DNA of 64,000 nt from Minisyncoccota bacterium. GTDB lineage: Bacteria > Patescibacteriota > Minisyncoccia > Phycocordibacterales > JAQTLZ01. This document shows, one piece after another, positions 31,056-41,368 of this stretch. The notes beneath the pieces were generated by a model. It was given only the letters and a program-made list of their open reading frames with translations, did not search any database and had not been told where the DNA came from. A program made the translations under genes and the position numbers. The stretch lies in contig JAQTSY010000003.1 of NCBI GenBank assembly GCA_028711065.1, positions 1,136 to 65,135 of the forward strand, given 5' to 3'. Every line of letters starts with the position of its first letter. Positions within the stretch are counted from its first letter, which is position 1.

Positions 31056-31521
31056 TGTTGATGGTAATAAAATCAGTATGAACCCCGTCAGTTATTGTTG
31101 TCGTTCCAACTCCTTTTTGAAATGATGGTAAAAAGGCCGGAACAGAATCCCCGGACAGTGCTTCAAAAACGATATCTTCTTCTAAAGAAACGCTAACAGC
31201 AGTATTTCTCGGAATAAATTCATTTCTCTCATCGTCTGGATCAAATTCTGTACCCTGAAATATGGAGTAGCCGTTTTCATCGATGTGCACTCCGTGCGGA
31301 GCTTCATCGATATTGTTCATTGCCTGATTTCGGGCTTTTTGAAGTGTGCTCACTAAAAGCGCTTTCTCGCTTCGAAAAAGATATGATCGATAAAAATCCA
31401 TTCCCACGGGCAAAGAAAGTCCGAGAACAATGCCGAATAACCCGATCACAACGAGAATTTCGACTAAAGTGAACCCACGGGAAAAATTGCCCTTACCGGC
31501 GAAGATGCGCAGTGATTTCAT
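31033..31521 (-). CDS. Minor pilin (FimT/GspH-like)
   Basis: RG|FTLVEILVVIG, LQKARNQAM. Confidence 0.8.
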   Translation of the reverse strand: MKSLRIFAGKGNFSRGFTLVEILVVIGLFGIVLGLSLPVGMDFYRSYLFRSEKALLVSTLQKARNQAMNNIDEAPHGVHIDENGYSIFQGTEFDPDDERNEFIPRNTAVSVSLEEDIVFEALSGDSVPAFLPSFQKGVGTTTITDGVHTDFITINNEGRINY

Positions 31522-32776
31522 AGATAGGAGTAATAACCGATACAGCAACAAGGCCGACCAAAAGGCCCATGATAATCATAAGCACCGGCTCGACAGAACT
31601 CGCAAGATTTCTTGTGATGTCATCAACTTCCCGTTCGAACATATCGGCTATATACAGAAAGGTATTTGAGAGATTCCCCGTCGTTTCTCCGACCGCAACC
31701 ATGTGAGAAAGCGTATCCGGAAAAAGTTTTTCATTTTTATTGAAATACGTCGAAATACGCTCGCCCTTCATAACACTCTCCGTCAAATTCGAAAGTTCCT
31801 TTTGAAAAACTAAATTATTAGTACTTTCCCCAGTAAGTAAAATTGCCTCACTGACTGTCACTCCGCCTTTCAAAAGAAGTCCAAGCGTTCGGGACATATT
31901 CGCCATGTTGTAGCTTTGCACGATCTTTTTTACAAAAGGAATTTTCAAAAGAAATACATCGAGCCAAAATCGAATTCTCTCAAATCGTTTCACCAAAAAA
32001 ATGACAGTAGCCGAAAGAAGAAATATGAAGAGAAGAAATGACCAACCATAAAGATGCAAAAATGAGCTTACCGAGATGAGAATCCGGGTAGTGAGAGGAA
32101 TTGCGATATGAAGGCTCGTAAAAATCGGAAGAATTTTAGGAAAAATAAAAGCAGTAAGGAGAAGGGTGAGGCCCAGCGTTGCTATCGTAACGAAGATCGG
32201 ATAGATCAAAGCACCGACAATTCTTTGTTTCAGGGCATGCTTTTTTTCCAGTTCATGTGAAAGGTATTCGAGATTTTGATCCAAAATTCCGCTCGTTTCC
32301 CCCACCCGAATCATGTTCACCGCAAATGCGCCGAAAAGATTTTTAAATCGCTCAAGACTTGTTGAAAGATACTGGCCCGAAGAAACATCCGCGATGATCG
32401 TCTCGAAAAATATCGCCCGGCCTTTTGAACGATTTTGTTTTTGAATGATAAGAAGGCTTTCAACAATCGGCACTCCGCCATGAATAAGAAAACTAAGTCG
32501 TTTCGAAAAATGAATCTTGTCTTTCATGCTGAAATGTCCGAAGCGCACCCTTTCCGATACGCGCTTGAAAATACTTTTTTGTTCTTCTTTCGAAGGAGCT
32601 TTTTTTTCTCCCACCACGCTTCGAGCGGGTTTCGAACGATGAACAGAATCGAGATGTTTGGGAGACTTCATCTCCTTTTTCTTTCTGAACACGCGAGAAA
32701 TCGAACGACCAACACTGCCTATGTGCTGTTTCAAAGCATCCTCAACATGAGAAATTTCTTTATTCATGACCGACAC
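31493..32776 (-). CDS. pilC: Type IV pilus/T2SS platform protein (PilC/GspF)
   Basis: VGETSGIL, ALIYP, VGETTGNL, VEPVL. Confidence 0.88.
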   Translation of the reverse strand: MSVMNKEISHVEDALKQHIGSVGRSISRVFRKKKEMKSPKHLDSVHRSKPARSVVGEKKAPSKEEQKSIFKRVSERVRFGHFSMKDKIHFSKRLSFLIHGGVPIVESLLIIQKQNRSKGRAIFFETIIADVSSGQYLSTSLERFKNLFGAFAVNMIRVGETSGILDQNLEYLSHELEKKHALKQRIVGALIYPIFVTIATLGLTLLLTAFIFPKILPIFTSLHIAIPLTTRILISVSSFLHLYGWSFLLFIFLLSATVIFLVKRFERIRFWLDVFLLKIPFVKKIVQSYNMANMSRTLGLLLKGGVTVSEAILLTGESTNNLVFQKELSNLTESVMKGERISTYFNKNEKLFPDTLSHMVAVGETTGNLSNTFLYIADMFEREVDDITRNLASSVEPVLMIIMGLLVGLVAVSVITPIYEITAHLRR

Positions 32777-33974
32777 GCAATACTTCCTCGAGAGTAGTTA
32801 TGCCAGCTTTTGCTTTTGAGAGGCCATCTTCCACCATGGTTTTCATTCCGGCTTTCACGGCAATCTCCCGAATCGTCGAGGCGGAAGCATGATCAATAAT
32901 TGCCTCCCGAATGTCGTGATCCACTTCAAGTACTTCGTAAATACCGACTCTCCCACGATATCCAGTACCGTTGCACTCATCACAACCCGCTCCGTAGTAG
33001 TAAACTGTTTTTTCATCAAAACCTTTTCCAGCAAGGGTTTGAGTAAAACTTTTTAATTCGTGTTCGGATAATTTTTTCTCTTTCTTGCAAGATGCACAAA
33101 TTTTCCGCACGAGACGCTGTCCAATCGCCACATTCACCGTCGAGGCAACGAGAAATGGCTCGATCTTCATATCCAAAAGACGAGGCAGAGTTGTCGCGGC
33201 ATCGCTCGTGTGAAGAGTCGAAAGAAGAAGGTGTCCCGTAAGGGCGGTGTTGACGGCAATTCCAGCCGTTTCGGTGTCGCGAATTTCCCCCACCATGATG
33301 ATGTTCGGATCTTGGCGCAAAATCGAGCGCAGGCCGTTTGCAAAAGTGAGCGAACTTCGCGGATTTACTTGAATCTGCTCGATTCCGTCGAGCGCATACT
33401 CGATCGGGTCTTCAATCGTAATGATTGAAACTTCTTTGGTATTGAGCATCTTCAAAATGGTGTAGAGCGTCGTCGTTTTCCCAGAGCCAGTTGGGCCTGT
33501 GGCAAGAATCATTCCTGAAGATTTTTCCGCCGCTTTTTTCAACTTTGCATAATCAGTTTCCGAGAGTCCGAGCATTTCAAGCGAAAGATTTTCCGCCTTG
33601 TCAGAAAGAAGACGAAGCACTGCGTTCTCGCCAAAAAATGTCGGAACAATGGAAACTCGGACATCAACTGGCAAAGTGTCTTTCAAAGAAATGCGAAAAC
33701 GTCCATCTTGCGGAGCCTGATGTTCATCGGTTCGCAAAGAGGCGAGAATTTTTATTCGAGAAATAATTTCAGGGTGGATGTCTTTGGGAAATACGCAAAG
33801 CTCCTCCAAAACACCGTCAATACGGAGCCGGACCCGCACCTTTTTCTCCGACGGATCGATGTGAATGTCTGACGCGTGATTTCCATGCGCGTATTCAACA
33901 AGCGAATCGATAAGATTCACGATGGAAATATCCTTCCACTCACCGAGCTCTTTTCTAGTTCTCTGTTCTGCCAT
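32760..33974 (-). CDS. Pilus assembly ATPase (PilB/GspE) lacking the long N-terminal domain
   Basis: ASDIHIDP, PQDGR, TGPTGSGKTTT, TIEDPIE, LRQDP, tetra-Cys, GRVGIYE. Confidence 0.93.
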   Translation of the reverse strand: MAEQRTRKELGEWKDISIVNLIDSLVEYAHGNHASDIHIDPSEKKVRVRLRIDGVLEELCVFPKDIHPEIISRIKILASLRTDEHQAPQDGRFRISLKDTLPVDVRVSIVPTFFGENAVLRLLSDKAENLSLEMLGLSETDYAKLKKAAEKSSGMILATGPTGSGKTTTLYTILKMLNTKEVSIITIEDPIEYALDGIEQIQVNPRSSLTFANGLRSILRQDPNIIMVGEIRDTETAGIAVNTALTGHLLLSTLHTSDAATTLPRLLDMKIEPFLVASTVNVAIGQRLVRKICASCKKEKKLSEHELKSFTQTLAGKGFDEKTVYYYGAGCDECNGTGYRGRVGIYEVLEVDHDIREAIIDHASASTIREIAVKAGMKTMVEDGLSKAKAGITTLEEVLRVGHE

Positions 33975-33980
33975 GTATGT

Positions 33981-34985
33981 TTAGATTACAATCACCTGCG
34001 GGAAGAGAATTGCCCGAGAGAGGTAGAGTAGCACAAGGACTAATGCTAAAACAAGAAATCCATACAGGATGTGTTTTGGATGCTGTTTTTTAACTTCAAT
34101 GAAAATAAGAAGCACGAGTGAAAGAATAACAACACCCGCGAGAACAAGATATGCGTCAGTGACAAGTGTTGGATACCCGAGCACAAATTCCTGATACCAC
34201 GAAAGTTTTGGCAAGGACTTTCCGTCAATAACAGTCTGTGCCGGTGCGGAAGAAACGGCCGCTTCATTTTTCACAGCAACAAAAGTTTCGAGCGGTGCCA
34301 CTTCCTGCACAGGGACTTTTTTCACACTCTCGCCGGCAACTTTAGGAGAGATTCCCACCGCTGAAATTGGAGCGATACTTTTCACCTCTTTCAAAACCGG
34401 CCTCACATTTCCCTCTGTAGACGCGAGGGATGGAGTTCCAAAATCTTGGACAACAAAAATCGTATCTCTTCCTTTATATACTCCGTGAGAAGTGGCGATG
34501 CCAATCTCCGTAAAATGAGTATTGAGAATATTTTCCCGATGCGTCGGAGAATTCATCCACGCGTTCATCACAGTATCCGTGTCATTGAAGTTCACCGCAA
34601 GATTTTCTCCAGCATAGAGATACGAATAACCAGCGATATCGAACCAATGCCACGGAGTGAGTCCTTCCGGAGAAGTGTGGGCAAAATATCCCTTCTTTGC
34701 CATATCATCCGCTTTAAATCCGGCCGATTTTTCTAAGAGCGGATTTACTCGGAGAGGAAGATCGCCTTCTGCAACGCGATTTTCATTTGTAAGATTAACA
34801 ACAAGCGACGGATAAATTGAAGCAAGGAGGTCGGTTTTCGTCGCAATAATTCCATACGAAAGTGAACCGAGAAAAAGAATGAGAGAAAGTGAGATGAGTG
34901 AAGCAATAGAAGCTTCTCTTAAAAAGTGCGGCTTGTACTCATTCCCTTCATGAGGAATAAAGTGGTGCTTTAGAAAATTACTCAT
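33981..34985 (-). CDS. CAP/SCP domain membrane protein
   Basis: GYFAHTSP, AGENLA, WMNSPTHRENIL. Confidence 0.9.
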   Translation of the reverse strand: MSNFLKHHFIPHEGNEYKPHFLREASIASLISLSLILFLGSLSYGIIATKTDLLASIYPSLVVNLTNENRVAEGDLPLRVNPLLEKSAGFKADDMAKKGYFAHTSPEGLTPWHWFDIAGYSYLYAGENLAVNFNDTDTVMNAWMNSPTHRENILNTHFTEIGIATSHGVYKGRDTIFVVQDFGTPSLASTEGNVRPVLKEVKSIAPISAVGISPKVAGESVKKVPVQEVAPLETFVAVKNEAAVSSAPAQTVIDGKSLPKLSWYQEFVLGYPTLVTDAYLVLAGVVILSLVLLIFIEVKKQHPKHILYGFLVLALVLVLLYLSRAILFPQVIVI

Positions 34986-35045
34986 GAACTATTAGAGCAC
35001 AAAAGGCAAGTGAAAAACAAGCCGGATTTCCTCTCTTAGATGATT

Positions 35046-36293
35046 TTAAGGAAGTTGTGGAATCGGCAGATTGAGAGCCGGACAAACATAATTATTTATG
35101 AAGCGTTGTGTCGTCTTATAGACATAACCAGTTGGAGTGTGCGCTGTCGGCAAGCCAAATGGTACCCATGGTGCTAGAACTTGCTCCCAATTCATAACCT
35201 GGAGTCTGTTTACGGCGTCTCTCGTCATCGGACCATAAAAACCATTTACCGGAAGACTCATTTTAAGATAACTATTGAGCAACGTCTGAAGTCTTTTTAC
35301 ATCTTCTGGATCATTTTTCCATCCATAATGAATATATGTTTTCAGATAGACACTGCAAGCTTCGGCTCCAAGTACTTCACCCTGGGTAGGACCGGTAGAT
35401 GCACCGAGCACTTCCCCGTTTCCCCCTCCTATTCCTCCATTTCCTCCACCTGCTCGTCCTCCACCTGAAGACCCTGAATTATGATGAGGAGTTGGCGTTG
35501 GCTCACTGGCGCCGTTCGGAGTCGGAGTTGGAGAAGGAGTCACCTTAGGAGTAGGAGTCGGTGTTGGTTCTGGCGTAGGAGTGAGAGTTGGTTCTGGAAT
35601 TGGCGTCGGCGAAAGAGTTGGCGACGGCGTAACGGTCGGAGTTGGAGTCGCCGTTGGAGTGGGTGTAAGAGTTGGTGTCGGTGAAGGAGTTACGGAAGGA
35701 GTCGGGGTTACGCTTGGTGTTGGTGTCACTGTCGGGGTTGGAGTGGCTGTCGGTGTTGGGGTTGGAGTAGCTGTGGGAGACGGAGTCGGTGTAGATGTTG
35801 GCGTCGGAGTTATTGAAGGAGTTGGGGTTGGTGTGGTCGTGGGTGTCGGAGACGGAGTAGGCGAAGAGGAGGGGGTGGGTGTGGGAGTTCCAGTTGGAGT
35901 CGGGGTCGGAGAAGGAGTTGCAACTGGAGTGGGAGTTGAAGTGGGCGAGGGGGTTGTGGACGGAGTTGGGGTTACGCTTGGTGTGGGTGTTACCGTTGGA
36001 GTAGGGGTTACACCCGGAGTTGGTGTTGGCGTTATGTCGGGTGTTGGCGAAGGAGTGGGCACGGGGGTCGGAGTTGCGGTCGGGCACTCACCAATACTAT
36101 CGCCATGATCGAGATGGGTTTGTAACGAACTTTCTCCGACCTGTATCGTTTGCGGATTTTCGGAATTACCAGGCGGATAATGACAGATTGTTATTTGGTT
36201 CTCACTCGGCTCTGCCTTCGTCGTATATGCAAAAACCCCAGCTGATGCTACGATGATTCCTATCAAAAAAAGGCCCAATAATTTATTTTTCAT
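35046..36293 (-). CDS. Secreted protein with long (PT)n linker and peptidoglycan-binding domain
   Basis: [21 protein letters not shown] repeats, [22 protein letters not shown]. Confidence 0.85.
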   Translation of the reverse strand: MKNKLLGLFLIGIIVASAGVFAYTTKAEPSENQITICHYPPGNSENPQTIQVGESSLQTHLDHGDSIGECPTATPTPVPTPSPTPDITPTPTPGVTPTPTVTPTPSVTPTPSTTPSPTSTPTPVATPSPTPTPTGTPTPTPSSSPTPSPTPTTTPTPTPSITPTPTSTPTPSPTATPTPTPTATPTPTVTPTPSVTPTPSVTPSPTPTLTPTPTATPTPTVTPSPTLSPTPIPEPTLTPTPEPTPTPTPKVTPSPTPTPNGASEPTPTPHHNSGSSGGGRAGGGNGGIGGGNGEVLGASTGPTQGEVLGAEACSVYLKTYIHYGWKNDPEDVKRLQTLLNSYLKMSLPVNGFYGPMTRDAVNRLQVMNWEQVLAPWVPFGLPTAHTPTGYVYKTTQRFINNYVCPALNLPIPQLP

Positions 36294-36447
36294 ACTTATT
36301 TATTAAAACTTTAAATCTCAACTTGAGGACGTTTAGTAAAACAACATATTACAATGGACTCCATTGCAGTTTAAAACAGAGCTAAAAGCCTTTCTTCTAG
36401 CTCTAATTTAGAGGTCAAATCGAATGAAAGTCAATTGAGATAAACAC

Positions 36448-36476
36448 TTGACTTTTTTAATTAGATATGGTATTAT
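36448..36476 (+). promoter_or_regulatory. Sigma70 promoter
   Basis: TTGACT-17bp-TATTAT with extended TG. Confidence 0.7.
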
Positions 36477-36482
36477 AGTGGC

Positions 36483-36659
36483 GGTAGCATAGTTCATGTT
36501 TTACAAAGGTTGAGGAGGGGGAATTCGTTCCCGCCAACAGTATTCTGATTTTACCTAAACGTAAAATCCAATACATCTTCGTAATTCGCCCACCCATTAG
36601 CCAGCGAATTACCCTCTCCCGACCTTTTTGCCCCGAGTCTCATTTGAGCCTCGGGTTTT
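36483..36659 (+). ncRNA. Candidate 6S-like RNA
   Basis: Promoter, rod with central bubble (36505-36628), terminator hairpin 36632-36659, no substantial ORF. Confidence 0.5.
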
Positions 36660-36722
36660 GCGTTTTCTGGCTTGCCCGCGGAAACTTTTTAAAAAGTTTG
36701 CGCGGGCGTATACTTATTTTCT

Positions 36723-37652
36723 ATGAACTGGCTTATCTTCGCGCTTGTACCTCCCCTTCTCTATTCAATCAACAATCACGTTGACAAATACCTTGTCGAA
36801 CGTTTTTTTAAGAACCGCACCTCTGAAAAAGGTGGAATTGGCTCTCTCGTCATTTTCACAGGACTCATAAGTATTTTGTTTTGCCTTATAATTGGAATTG
36901 CAATTCCTTCCCAAATTAGCATCTCTTTCCCGCACGCACTTGTCATCATTCTAAGCGGAATACTTTTGGTCGGTTCTTACGTTCCCTATTTTTCCGCACT
37001 TGAATACGAAGAAGCCTCTGTCATCACACCACTATGGCAATTCATTCCTATTTTCGGCTATATTCTCGGATTTTTCTTTCTCGGAGAAACCTTGCGAAAT
37101 ATACAAATTATCGGCGGATTTCTTATCATCTTAGGAGCTATCAGTATCTCGATTTCCTTCGATAAAAAATCGGCACGGATTAAAAAAGGAATTCTCTTGA
37201 AAATGATGGGTGCAGCATTCTTGGTCTCCCTTTCAATTCTTCTATTTAAAATCATCGCGCTCCAAGAGAATTTCTGGGCTAGTGTGTTTTGGGAATATGC
37301 CGGCATTGTGGTTTTCTCTCTCTTTTTATTTATTTGCATCAAATCTTATCGACAGCAATTTTTAAGCCTCATGAGACAAAATACGGCAGGATTTGTTCTC
37401 GTAAATGTCCTGGGGGAAGTCTTAAGTTTTATAGCAAAACTCGCTTCGAACTATGTAAGTCTTTTGGTACCAATCGCACTCCTTCTTCTTGTAAATAGTC
37501 TCCAGCCATTCTTCGTATTTATAATCGGCATCGTACTTACTGTTTTCCTCCCCCAATTGGGGAGAGAGAAACTCTCTGGACGAGATATTCTGCAGAAATT
37601 TTTCGCAATCGGTGTAATGATTGCCGGAACACTGCTCCTTATTTTCTTCTAA
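36723..37652 (+). CDS. EamA/DMT family transporter
   Basis: About 10 TMs, EASVITPL, LGFFFLGE. Confidence 0.88.
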   Translation: MNWLIFALVPPLLYSINNHVDKYLVERFFKNRTSEKGGIGSLVIFTGLISILFCLIIGIAIPSQISISFPHALVIILSGILLVGSYVPYFSALEYEEASVITPLWQFIPIFGYILGFFFLGETLRNIQIIGGFLIILGAISISISFDKKSARIKKGILLKMMGAAFLVSLSILLFKIIALQENFWASVFWEYAGIVVFSLFLFICIKSYRQQFLSLMRQNTAGFVLVNVLGEVLSFIAKLASNYVSLLVPIALLLLVNSLQPFFVFIIGIVLTVFLPQLGREKLSGRDILQKFFAIGVMIAGTLLLIFF

Positions 37653-37653
37653 T

Positions 37654-38067
37654 ATGAGAAACAGTAAAAAAGTTTTGGTTTTTGGGACATTCGACGGAGT
37701 ACATGAGGGTCACCGACATTTTTTGCGAGAAGCGAAAAAGCTCGGCACTTCCCTCTTCGCCGTAATAGCTCCTGACGCACAAGTTGAAACATTGAAGAAA
37801 CATTCTCCGAAATTCCTTCTTCAAAAAAGAATTGCGGATCTAGAGGCAGAAAAAATTGCGGACTGTGTGATCGCAGGCGATGAAACACTTGGAACATGGA
37901 ATGTCATTCTCAAAAACAAGCCGGACGTAATCGCCCTCGGATACGATCAAGATGCTTTGGGGAAAGCGCTTCAAGAAGCTTCAACACAATTTCCCTTTAA
38001 AATTGAAATCGAAAAAATCACCTCGCATAGACCAGATGTTTTCCGCTCTGGGCTCTTGAACAAATAA
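37654..38067 (+). CDS. Cytidylyltransferase-family protein (RibL-type FAD synthase-like)
   Basis: FGTFDGVHEGH, KPDVIALGYDQ. Confidence 0.85.
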   Translation: MRNSKKVLVFGTFDGVHEGHRHFLREAKKLGTSLFAVIAPDAQVETLKKHSPKFLLQKRIADLEAEKIADCVIAGDETLGTWNVILKNKPDVIALGYDQDALGKALQEASTQFPFKIEIEKITSHRPDVFRSGLLNK

Positions 38068-38136
38068 AAAGCGGGCAGCAAAATTTTCTAGAAAATTTTG
38101 CTGCAAAGTGCTATACTAAGAAATTCAAGTATTTTT

Positions 38137-38682
38137 ATGCCAAAACCTCGCGCAAAAGTGGGCAAATACAAGACCGTTTTCAAAGGACACACCTTTGAAG
38201 TGAAGCGCGCTATCGCGGTAATGCCCTCTGGCAAAAAAGAGATCTTTGAGACAATGCATCGTCCGCCAAGCGTTATGATTCTTCCTATCGACGCGAAGAA
38301 ACGCCTTCTCCTCATCCGCGAATACCGTTCGCGAATCAAAAAATATATCTGGGCCCTCCCAGCAGGAAAAGTAAAGAAGGGAGAAACCCCTGCTCGGGCC
38401 GCACAAAGAGAGCTCCGCGAAGAAGCAGGAGTACGCGCAAAAAATCTGAAACTTTTTCGCCTTGCAGAAGGCGGACAATCCTGGGTATGGAGACGCTTCG
38501 CCTATGTTGCAACAAAACTCATCCCCGACCGTCTTCAAAGTGATGAGGACGAGGATATTAAGGTCGTACCCGTCTCAATCGACAAGGCATTTCAAATGAT
38601 AAAAAAAGATCAGATCTATAACGAAAATATGGCATGCATGATATTCCGTCTCTGGTCACTGCGAAAAAAATTCGGAATCTAA
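38137..38682 (+). CDS. NUDIX hydrolase (ADP-ribose pyrophosphatase-like)
   Basis: PAGKVKKGETPARAAQRELREEAG. Confidence 0.92.
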   Translation: MPKPRAKVGKYKTVFKGHTFEVKRAIAVMPSGKKEIFETMHRPPSVMILPIDAKKRLLLIREYRSRIKKYIWALPAGKVKKGETPARAAQRELREEAGVRAKNLKLFRLAEGGQSWVWRRFAYVATKLIPDRLQSDEDEDIKVVPVSIDKAFQMIKKDQIYNENMACMIFRLWSLRKKFGI

Positions 38683-38762
38683 AATAAAGTTTTAGCAAGA
38701 GGTGAAAGTGCTATACTAAATGAAGAAAGAGTTCTCGTTTTTATTCATTAATATTTAATTAA

Positions 38763-39263
38763 ATGGAACCAACAACAAATTCAAGTTCGAGAAATATGAT
38801 CATCGGCATCGTAGTCGTTATTGTCGTCCTCGCGCTTGGAACATATCTTTTTACTAGAAATTCTACTCCAGCTACCCCAGAGGCTTCACCCACTCCAACT
38901 GACGCAATGGTTTCAGCTGGGGGGGATAAGCTTGCGGTGGGAGCGCAATTCCCAGGCAGTACTCTCTATCTTGATTCAGTAACATTCGCAAAAGGAGGGT
39001 GGGTGGCTGTACATGAAGATAACGCGGGAGTTCCCGGAAAAGTTATCGGCTCAAAATATTTTCCTGCCGGAACAAATCCTGGAAGTATCGATCTTGGCAA
39101 CAACAAAATGGTTGAAGGAAAAGATTATATCGTAATGCTCCACTCTGATGATGGAGATGGAAAATTTGACGAGGTCAAAGATGCTCCAATTCGAGACACC
39201 TCTGGGAATATCATAATGCTCACGGTTCGCGCTTCGAAGACGCCGGAGGAGGTGAAGGGGTAA
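38763..39263 (+). CDS. Membrane-anchored hypothetical protein
   Basis: TM then GGWVAVH..PGKVIG..MLHSDDGDGKFD. Confidence 0.75.
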   Translation: MEPTTNSSSRNMIIGIVVVIVVLALGTYLFTRNSTPATPEASPTPTDAMVSAGGDKLAVGAQFPGSTLYLDSVTFAKGGWVAVHEDNAGVPGKVIGSKYFPAGTNPGSIDLGNNKMVEGKDYIVMLHSDDGDGKFDEVKDAPIRDTSGNIIMLTVRASKTPEEVKG

Positions 39264-39425
39264 AAGAAAAACGACGAGAAAGCAAGAAACCGCTCTTGGG
39301 CGGTTTTTTGCTATACACATTGACTTTTTGGCGGAATTTTGTTTAAATAGATAGGTTAACAAACGCCCCCAGCGGGCTTTTTTTAGTAGAAAGCGGCCTA
39401 AAACTTTTTAATCTGAGGAAAGTGA

Positions 39426-39537
39426 GAGGTGAACATTGGGACGGGACCCAATGTGCAAGACCTTGAGTGTTCTGTACTCAGAATGCGAAAGGTGTACCGC
39501 TCCTGTAAGGAGAGGAGAAGGAAAATAGAAATTCACC
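39426..39537 (+). repeat. Module-A element in the typA leader
   Basis: GGTGAAC-ATTGGG..GACCCAAT-GTGCAAGACC-hp-GGTGTACCG-CTCCT.GTA.AGGAG. Confidence 0.75.
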
Positions 39538-39556
39538 AAATTTACAATTCATTACA

Positions 39557-41326
<1,770 letters not shown>

Positions 41327-41330
41327 AAAC

Positions 41331-41367
41331 TCAAACAGCCCCCGCCCTCATAGGGCGGGGGCTGTTT
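41331..41367. terminator. Bidirectional hairpin terminator
   Basis: AAACAGCCCCCGCCCT-CAT-AGGGCGGGGGCTGTTT between convergent genes. Confidence 0.75.
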
Positions 41368-41368
41368 C

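Noticed and set aside
35480-36090. Tandem repeats as CRISPR; overlapping (GV)n and other-frame ORFs
   Set aside because: Degenerate 6-nt periodicity encoding the PT linker; no repeat-spacer structure or cas genes
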